Source: Octopus bimaculoides
Lineage: Eukaryota
NCBI RefSeq assembly: GCF_001194135.2
Contig: NC_068987.1
Coordinates: 36,651,382-36,696,560, forward strand
DNA: 45,179 nucleotides
Direction: 5' to 3'
Shown here: one piece after another, positions 37,001 through 45,179 of the stretch
Position numbering within the stretch: position 1 is the stretch's first letter
Layout: the number at the start of each line of letters is the position of its first letter
Notes under the pieces: generated by a model
Database searches by the model: none
Seen by the model: only the letters and a program-made list of their open reading frames with translations
Told to the model about the DNA's origin: nothing
Program-made: the position numbers and the translations under genes

Positions 37001-37508
37001 ATGTATGTGTGTGTGTGTGTGCAATGTATTTATTGCACAGTTTTCTTTTAAATATTATTCATAAAGTATCTGTTATGCTCACTGCTTGGTAGAAGAGATT
37101 TGCCCAGAGTATCGCACTGAGATGTGGAACACAGGAGCATGACGGTATAAAATTACCAACTTAACCACACAACCATATTAGTGCAGGAATATAAAATTAG
37201 CAATTGCATTTTTCCAATGAATTATTCAACTGACATAGAGCAACATACAAACATTGTCTTTTTTTTCTATAGCAATCGTATTTGTATTGCGGATTCCAGT
37301 ATTGTGTCGCCTGGTGAGACAATTTAGAAAAGTAGGGGAAATGTGGTATAAAATAAAATAACATATAAACGAATCCATTTCCTAAATTAATAACATTACT
37401 AAACATACACACACACACACACACTCACTCACTCACTCACAGAGACAACCACACATATACACATATGCATACATATTCATATATGTTTATGCATTATTTG
37501 TTCATGTG

Positions 37509-37516
<8 letters not shown>

Positions 37517-37587
<71 letters not shown>

Positions 37588-37647
37588 NNNNNNNNNNNNN
37601 NNNNNNNNNNNNNNNNNNNNNNNNNNNNNNNNNNNNNNNNNNNNNNN

Positions 37648-37698
<51 letters not shown>
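37517..37698. repeat. (GT)n and (TA)n flanking an assembly gap
   Basis: Direct reading. Confidence 0.9.
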
Positions 37699-37701
<3 letters not shown>

Positions 37702-38387
37702 TCACATACACATATATGAAAGTATGTATGTGTTTGTGAGAGAGTTATGTGAAACTTATTAGGTTTTCTTATCTCTTATTTTCCATTGATTTGGTAAGTT
37801 AATGCTTTTTATTGAATTACACAGGCCTACTACAACTAACTTTTGTATAGCAAAGGTCTTTCGGATGGCTAATGATTTCACCATGGAAACCAGTTCGTCG
37901 GCTCTACAGGGAATCCTATAATGAAATAGCAGTGCCAGGAAAAGAGAAAGATTTTAAGAGAATAGCAATGTGGAGACACGACAATCACCAATTTAAGTAC
38001 ACAGCTTTGTTGATTTAATCACATCTAACATATTGAGTAAAGGGCTTTGAATGATATAACATATCATATCAATTTCGAAGTATATTCATGTGCTATAACA
38101 GGCACTACTTTTTGTTATTGGACAAAACATCAAACAATCAGCCACGTAGCTATAATAGACTGCACAGTGATGTCTTTTCCTATAAGCATCTGTAGTATTA
38201 TACCTTTAGTGTGTGTGCGTTAGCTTCACAGTATTGATATAAATTTCTTCTGAGGTAAAACGTTACCAGTCGGACTAATTCCATATCATATCCAGTGAAC
38301 TTACATCATATATCTCCATAAAAGATGCTCACTGGCACCTCGCCTAGTCTGCAAAAGTAAAATGCTTATAATAGAAACGATTGTATC

Positions 38388-38974
38388 AATAATATTGATT
38401 TCAAATTTTGGTATAAGGCCAGAAATTTGAGTGGGATGAATGAATTATATCAAACCCATTGCTCAACTAGAACTTATTTTATCGAAACCGAAAGAGAGAA
38501 AGACAAAATCAACCTCGGCAGAATTTGAACTCAGAATGTAAGGCTAAGCAGTTTGCCGGGCGCGATAATGATTCTGCCAGCACGCAAGTTTTATTGCATC
38601 AAAAATATTAATAATCTTTTTTACTAAAGGGAAAATACCTGCATTTTATGAGGAGGGAGGCAGTCAATTGCATCAACCCCATTGCTTGACTGGTACCGGT
38701 TTTATGGACCCAAAATGATAAAGGTTGACCACGGTGGTATTTCAGCATGATTCTGCCAGTTCACAACCTTGAAAGTAATAATTATAACTTTTTCTACTAT
38801 AGGAACAAAGCCTAAAATTCTGGATGAGAGTGCTAGTCGATTACAACGATCCCAGTATTCAAATGGTACTTAGTCTATCGAGCCTAAAAGGATGAACATA
38901 GAAACGTAAAAACGAACGAAATGGTGCTAAGCATTTTATCCGATGTGTTCACGTCTCTGCCAGTATGCCACCTC
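38388..38974 (-). mobile_element. Head-to-tail stack of three decayed tRNA SINEs
   Basis: Reverse-complement SINE bodies at ~38388-38585, ~38601-38770 and ~38777-38974, separated by short AAT tails. Confidence 0.75.

Positions 38975-39021
<47 letters not shown>
38975..39021. repeat. (AAT)n microsatellite
   Basis: Perfect AAT run. Confidence 0.95.
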
Positions 39022-39023
<2 letters not shown>

Positions 39024-39815
39024 CCTCTCTGGAAATTGCTCAATGATGTACAGTATGGTTATAAAAGGCTTGATAAAAATATAAATCATCTCATTTACAT
39101 GGATGATTTAAAGCTTTTTGCAAAGAATGACCAGCAACCACTGGATGCAATTTGGCCTTGATAAATGTGAAAAAGCTACCTTTATCAAAGGAAAAATGAC
39201 AAACATCCAATGTTAGTTTTGACCAGCAGAATGTCATAAAAGAATTAAAACTAGCAGAGAACTACAAGCACCTAGGGGTATTTGAAGGGGACGGTATCAA
39301 ACATTCAGTGATAAGGGAAAGGATCAGAAGAGAATGTTATCGCAGGGTAAGGGCAATACTCAAGACAGAGCCGAATGCAAGAAGTAGGATCGAAGCGATC
39401 AATACTTTAGCCATACCAGCCGTGACTTACAGTTTTAATATCATTGACTGGTCAATTACTGAAATATGTAATCTTGAAGAAAAATACGAAAATTATTGAC
39501 AATACATAGAATGCACCACACTAAGGCACATATAGAACAATTATATCTGCCAAGAAAAGAGGGAGGCCGTGGACTTTTACAACTGGAATTAACAATAAAG
39601 ATTGCCACAATCGGCCCAGACACCTACCTGAAAAACTCTGATGACTGGATGTTAAAACTTGCCTCAAAGCATGAAAACAAGAAAGTATCATACTCAATAA
39701 CAAAATACGCAAAGTAATATCTAAGTGAATTCCAAATGCAACAAATTTCAGAATTAGACGTACTAGAAACAAGCACAGAAAAAGCTAAGCGCATGAAAAC
39801 CCGTGTTAAAACAGC
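39022..39815 (+). mobile_element. R4/Dong-like LINE RT fragment
   Basis: HLIYMDDLKLFAKND (RT YMDD motif), IRRECYRRVRAILKTE..IEAINTLAIP.VTYSF and LYLPRKEGGRGL. It starts directly after the (AAT)n tract. Confidence 0.9.
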
Positions 39816-41084
39816 TAGGTCCTGGTACTTTGGTATTTTTCTATACCCCTCATACTGATTTTTTCATCCTTTGGGACTGTAAAGTCAATTATCTGATATT
39901 TTCTATTCTCTTTACCTATTACTACTAAATCAGACGCGTTTTTGAAGTTTTAGACATTGACACCGGTATTCTTTCTTGAAAAATCATAGTTCTAAACTTC
40001 TTTTATATTTTGGTAAAATGTCTGATTTTTCTCCTAGATCAAGCCTTAATACAGCGTTGAGTTCAATATCCAGTATAATAATTTTATGGTCGGTCCCTTT
40101 TCGCAATACTGCCTTCAGTTACACTTGATGGCTTCTTTCCAGACCTTTTCAATTCTACACAAAACAATAGTGGCGAATAGTTATCTAAAACAAATATTTA
40201 GTAAATAAAATAGCACCAGGACAGACCATTTTTGTGAGGAGAAAAATGTCTTATTTTTACGTATGTAAGAATAGAAACGGAAAGCTGAAGAAATGAAGGA
40301 GCGAGTGTGGAAGATACATTGTATGAATACAGTTAGTTGAAGAGTTATCAGGTTCAAGATCAATTTACCTCTTACCTCTCTGACTTAAGCCATAAAATCT
40401 CCACATCCTATTCACGTGCACACACACACTACGTTGTGTCGACTTACATATGTAGCTACAGATATTGATATAATGCTGATACTATTATAGGTGTTGCCAC
40501 TTAGTTATTCAAACATTTCCGGGTTAGTGGTAGTGGAGGTGATCTTTGTATTGGTTTTATTGGTTTTTGGTGATAGGTAGTTAGGAACTGGGGGTGTAAG
40601 GGGAATGTTTTTGATGATTGCATTGATATTTTTCTTGATGTCCACCTCAAGTCAATCCTCATTAATCTAAAGTGAAAGAAATGTCTTTCAACTTTTGAAA
40701 TACACCAAGATACAACATGATCTCATGTTATTGTTTCACATGCGGTTGCTTATCATCTTGTTCCTGCTGTTGTTACTGTCGTTGTTGTTTGTCATGAAGA
40801 AGTTGGTAGTTTAATAATGACGGTTGTTGCATTGATTTTGGTGTGCGAGAATGTGTATGTGTGTGTTATTGTGAAGATATAGATTCCTCTTAAAAGGGAT
40901 GTGTTAACACCCAATTTCCTCCGGTTTAGTCCTATATATCGATGAAATACTTAAGAGTCACGTTTTTCTTATTAGTATTGCTGTCTGTTGTTTAATAATA
41001 GGCACAAATATTACGGGGTTCAAGTATATTTTGGTAGATGTTTGTTCCACTTCGATATATATGGGTATATTTTAATACAGTCTA

Positions 41085-42575
41085 TGTTGAAGAAGAAAAT
41101 GGAGAGCTTCAACAGATAACATCAATTTATTAGCATATTGTCAATTTAGATTTGCCTACAATTGTTTCCATATCCAACTCATTCGAATTACAAACTTACA
41201 AATTAAAATTGCATTTTGAAAATTGCGAGTTAAATACTTCTCCTGAGCGAAAAATTGAAGCAAAAGTAAACATATCTTAATTGATTGAGTCTTCTCAACA
41301 GACTAAACATATCAACGGTCGTATATTTATGTGTGTATGTGCGTGTTAGTATTTTTGTAGTGACAAACGTAAATAAAAGTTGTGTTTGCAAATTTAAATT
41401 TAACTGCCCGTTTAAAAAATCTTACAAGCAAAAACACGTAATATAGAGGTGAGTAAAGTAGATTCAGAGAGAATAAATTATTACATAGGTTGCACGGAAA
41501 ATTATATAAAGAAAGAAATACCAACCATGAAAGCACATTTAGAAACAGAGACAAATTAACCAGCACGAATTTAGCCAAATTAATATGTGGGTGAAAAGAC
41601 AAAAATAAATACTATAGCCTAAAATGAGAAATAATCAGCCATACAAAACCCTACGAAATAGGGGATAAACACTGTAATTTATGCATTGATGAAATCTTCC
41701 AGATTTTAACCTCTAAGCACAAACTTCTAAATAGTAAACGAGAAAGAGGATTATCTTATACGTCTCTAAAAATACTTTTAAAATATACAATAAAAATAAA
41801 TTAAAACATAACAAATAATAGAATAAAATATGAATCAATTAATTGATAAATATAATTGGGTAATATATGTTCTTGAATGTAGACCTATGATATTAGTCTA
41901 ATAATAAATATAATTGCAACACAAATTTTGAGGACGTGGAACGCGAAGCCATATTCAAAGTACACTATAATAAAACCTAACCCGATCACATGATATACCA
42001 TAAACTCTACCCCAGTTTAATAGAAATTAAATTAATTTAATGAATAACAATTTACCCTTAGTACCAATAATTATGGCTAATTAACTTAGAAAATAATTAA
42101 TATAAATTATACTATCTTTTCATGTTCTCACAGTTAATAATATCTATTGAAATAAATTTATAGATTAACTTACTGTTAATCATAACAGAAAATAATACAT
42201 ATGCACATTTAACAGTTCATTTGTTTCCAAGCATATTAACACACACACACGCACACAAAAAATAAAAACATACACACTTATAACAGTCTCTTTTGTTTTT
42301 GAAACATACGCACACAAAAATATACGAAAGGTGATATGTTTAGTCTGTTGAGAAGACTCAATCAATTAAGATGTAATTACTTTTGTGTCAAGTTTTCGCC
42401 CTCACAAAATATTTAACTTGCAATTTTCAGAATGCAATTTTCAAAATACAATTTTAATTTATAAATTTGTAATTTGAGTGAGTAGGATATGGAAGCAATT
42501 GTATGCAAATCTAAGTTGACAATATGTTAATAACCTGATGTTATCTGTTAAAACTCTCCATTTTCTTCTTTAACA
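41085..42575. mobile_element. Non-autonomous foldback/long-TIR element (~260-bp imperfect TIRs, TGT...ACA ends)
   Basis: tgttgaagaagaaaatggagag (41085-) pairs with ctctccattttcttctttaaca (-42575). Complementarity continues through ttgattgagtcttctcaacagactaaacatatca / tgatatgtttagtctgttgagaagactcaatcaa. The centre is AT-rich and non-coding. Confidence 0.75.
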
Positions 42576-42729
42576 CGCATACACACACACGCATATGTAT
42601 GTATGTAACTAATATATACATATATATAAACACGCACGCATATATACAGGGTTATATACACACATATACATACATATATATATACGTGAATATATATAAG
42701 TATATGTCATATACACATATATACATATA

Positions 42730-42935
42730 TATTCTCTTATTCTTTTACTTGTTTCAGTCATTTGACTTCGGCCATGATGGAGCACCGCCTTTAATCGAGC
42801 TAATCGTCACAAGGAATTATTCATTGTAAGCCTAGTATCTATTATATCGATCCCTGTAGCCGAACCGCTATGTTACGAGGACGTAAACACATCAGCATCG
42901 GTTGTCAAGCGATAGTGGAGGGTCAAGCACAGACA
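42730..42935 (-). mobile_element. 3' half of a CORE-type SINE
   Basis: ttcttttacttgtttcagtcatttgac...ccgaaccgcta...cggttgtcaagc is the reverse complement of the SINE 3' half. It runs into (TA)n and a gap. Confidence 0.8.
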
Positions 42936-43303
42936 TATATATATATATATATATANNNNNNNNNNNNNNNNNNNNNNNNNNNNNNNNNNNNNNNNNNNNN
43001 NNNNNNNNNNNNNNNNNNNNNNNNNNNNNNNNNNNNNNNNNNNNNNNNNNNNNNNNNNNNNNNNNNNNNNNNNNNNNNNNNNNNNNNNNNNNNNNNNNNN
43101 NNNNNNNNNNNNNNNNNNNNNNNNNNNNNNNNNNNNNNNNNNNNNNNNNNNNNNNNNNNNNNNNNNNNNNNNNNNNNNNNNNNNNNNNNNNNNNNNNNNN
43201 NNNNNNNNNNNNNNNNNNNNNNNNNNNNNNNNNNNNNNNNNNNNNNNNNNNNNNNNNNNNNNNNNNNNNNNNNNNNNNNNNNNNNNNNNNNNNNNNNNNN
43301 NNN

Positions 43304-43337
<34 letters not shown>

Positions 43338-43344
43338 GAAAAAT

Positions 43345-43389
<45 letters not shown>

Positions 43390-44702
43390 TTGGAACCCCA
43401 GAAAATATATACAAACACAGAAAATATTCACATTAAAAATGTCAACCCACATTCGTTAGATATTGTGACGCAGACACATACACTTTAATGTACACACGAA
43501 CATATATATAAAGACATGTGTATTCGTGTGCGTGTGTGTGTGAGTCAGTATGTGCATCGTGGTTTGATGTGTGTGCGTCTGTCTATGTATCGTTTTTCAG
43601 ATTTTATTTATATTTTGATCTTAATCGCCAAGAAGTGGCCTTTTGGATAAAATGGTGTAGTTTTTGAACTTAAAATTTATCCGAGTTTCTCTAAGGATGA
43701 AGTTGCAGGCTTTATCCTGAAATTAGTGGTCATAAGAACGAAATTCCGAAACCGTGGTGACCGAGATGCAGGGATATCTGTATATACTTATATATGTGTG
43801 CGTGTAAGTAAATATGTATACATATATGTGGTAAATGAAAGTCGGAAGTTGGAATATACGAGAATCTTTATTATTCACAATTGTTTCCACACATTTAGCA
43901 CCGATTCCTCAAGAGTGGAACACTTAACAACTGGTTCAAGAGCATCTGGCTGTGCAGATGTGTCTCATCGGGTTATAAATAGGTATAATTCGTTAAAATA
44001 ACAGTTCCGCAATGTATCTTCTCATTTCGTAGAAAAAGATGCCTGAAAACAAAAGATACGTCTTCATTTATATAGATCAAAAATGAAATAACAGATGCAA
44101 AAAAGAAACGAACACGCAATACAGTGAGAAAAGTATTAATAATAACCGCTTACAGATATGGACGTATAAACGCCCTCGAGCAAGCTGCATGACGCGCGCA
44201 CGCTCGCTCATACAAACATACACGAAAATGTAAGCATATGCACACATATGATTTGGTGCACACATGTTCACATAGAGAGTGAAATAGCTACTTGCTGTTT
44301 ATAAGAATGGGGAAGTTAAAGTTAAACCTCATTCATCCATACCTTAAAGTAAATTATGTTGACAGTTACTCAATTCATTCCCACTGCATTGAGCGAATCT
44401 ACATTTATATGCATGTAGGCATCTTGAGAGTATTTCAGAAATTCTGTTAATGATCTTCTCATTGGTCCACAGAATACAGAGGGATTCCTTGGAGAAGAGT
44501 TATATCTACTTATCAAAAAGAATGTCGAAATAATTGTCGTGATTATTAAAAATTATCGTAAATCCCATCTTCCGTCTTTCATTCACCATATACATAACGA
44601 ACATTGTGAAAGTGATCGTGCTTTACCAGTAAGCTACCAGGTGTAAACCATTCATTTTATTATCTAATATATATATATATATCNNNNNNNNNNATATATA
44701 TA

Positions 44703-45179
44703 TCTAGTATATGTAAATTGCAGTATGTGTGTGTATAATAACGTATACATTTCCACAATTCTCATCCGATTTTCTCCAAACTTTACACACATATTACTTA
44801 TGTCCCAAGAATGGTCATGTACTATGACATTTTTCCCAGAGCTCCCGCGTAAATGGACGTAAATGGACATAGTTTTTTTTTGTATGTAGGGTCTTCCATA
44901 CTTTTTAATATTTTTATAAAAGTAAAAGGATTTTGTTTACTTATTTATTTCGACTGTCCACGCAGTCAGGAAACCCAGTCAGGTGACCCAGTCAGGAAAC
45001 AGGATTTGGAAGTTGTCATTTTCTTTTTATGTAGATGAATGTTTAAAAGATTTATCCAAAAAATCTTCTTTTGCTGTTATTTTTGGCAGAACACGTTATG
45101 TCTCCGGTAATTTTCTTTCATGTAAATAAATGTATATGTTAATTTAAACCATTTATCCAAATTCGTTGTACGTACATAG
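44703..45179 (+). mobile_element. Probable Helitron-like non-autonomous element (5' part)
   Basis: A|TCTAGTATATGTAAA...gtatgtgtgtg...ccgattttctccaaactttacacac is architecturally similar to the 5' end of the 27289 Helitron. The 3' end is not visible. Confidence 0.45.

Overview
Eukaryotic, AT-rich, gene-poor and repeat-dense scaffold DNA with seven N-gaps (30475-30870, 31355-31364, 31728-32267, 33394-33764, 37588-37647, 42956-43303, 44684-44693). The SINE, MITE and microsatellite repertoire looks like an Octopus (coleoid cephalopod) genome; this is inference from recalled repeat families. I can support no intact protein-coding gene. Almost all listed ORFs are microsatellite, gap or transposon-relic translations. 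Recognisable relics are: a decayed CR1-group LINE (1.8-5.2 kb); an L1/Tx1-like ORF1 with a degenerate CCHC knuckle; two R4/Dong-like LINE fragments; a truncated Penelope element with an inverted terminal segment and a hammerhead-like core; DD37D and DD34D Tc1/mariner pseudogenes; a cleanly bounded non-autonomous Helitron; piggyBac-type MITEs; and many tRNA-derived SINEs, some stacked head-to-tail. The most unusual structure is a ~9 kb, highly diverged array of a 54-bp unit (about 20530-29640) in which each unit carries an inverted repeat; later TE insertions interrupt it. The best functional candidate is an 89-nt pre-miRNA-like hairpin (15662-15750) next to a strong minus-strand non-coding exon candidate (14916-15002). 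All counts and boundaries were read by eye.
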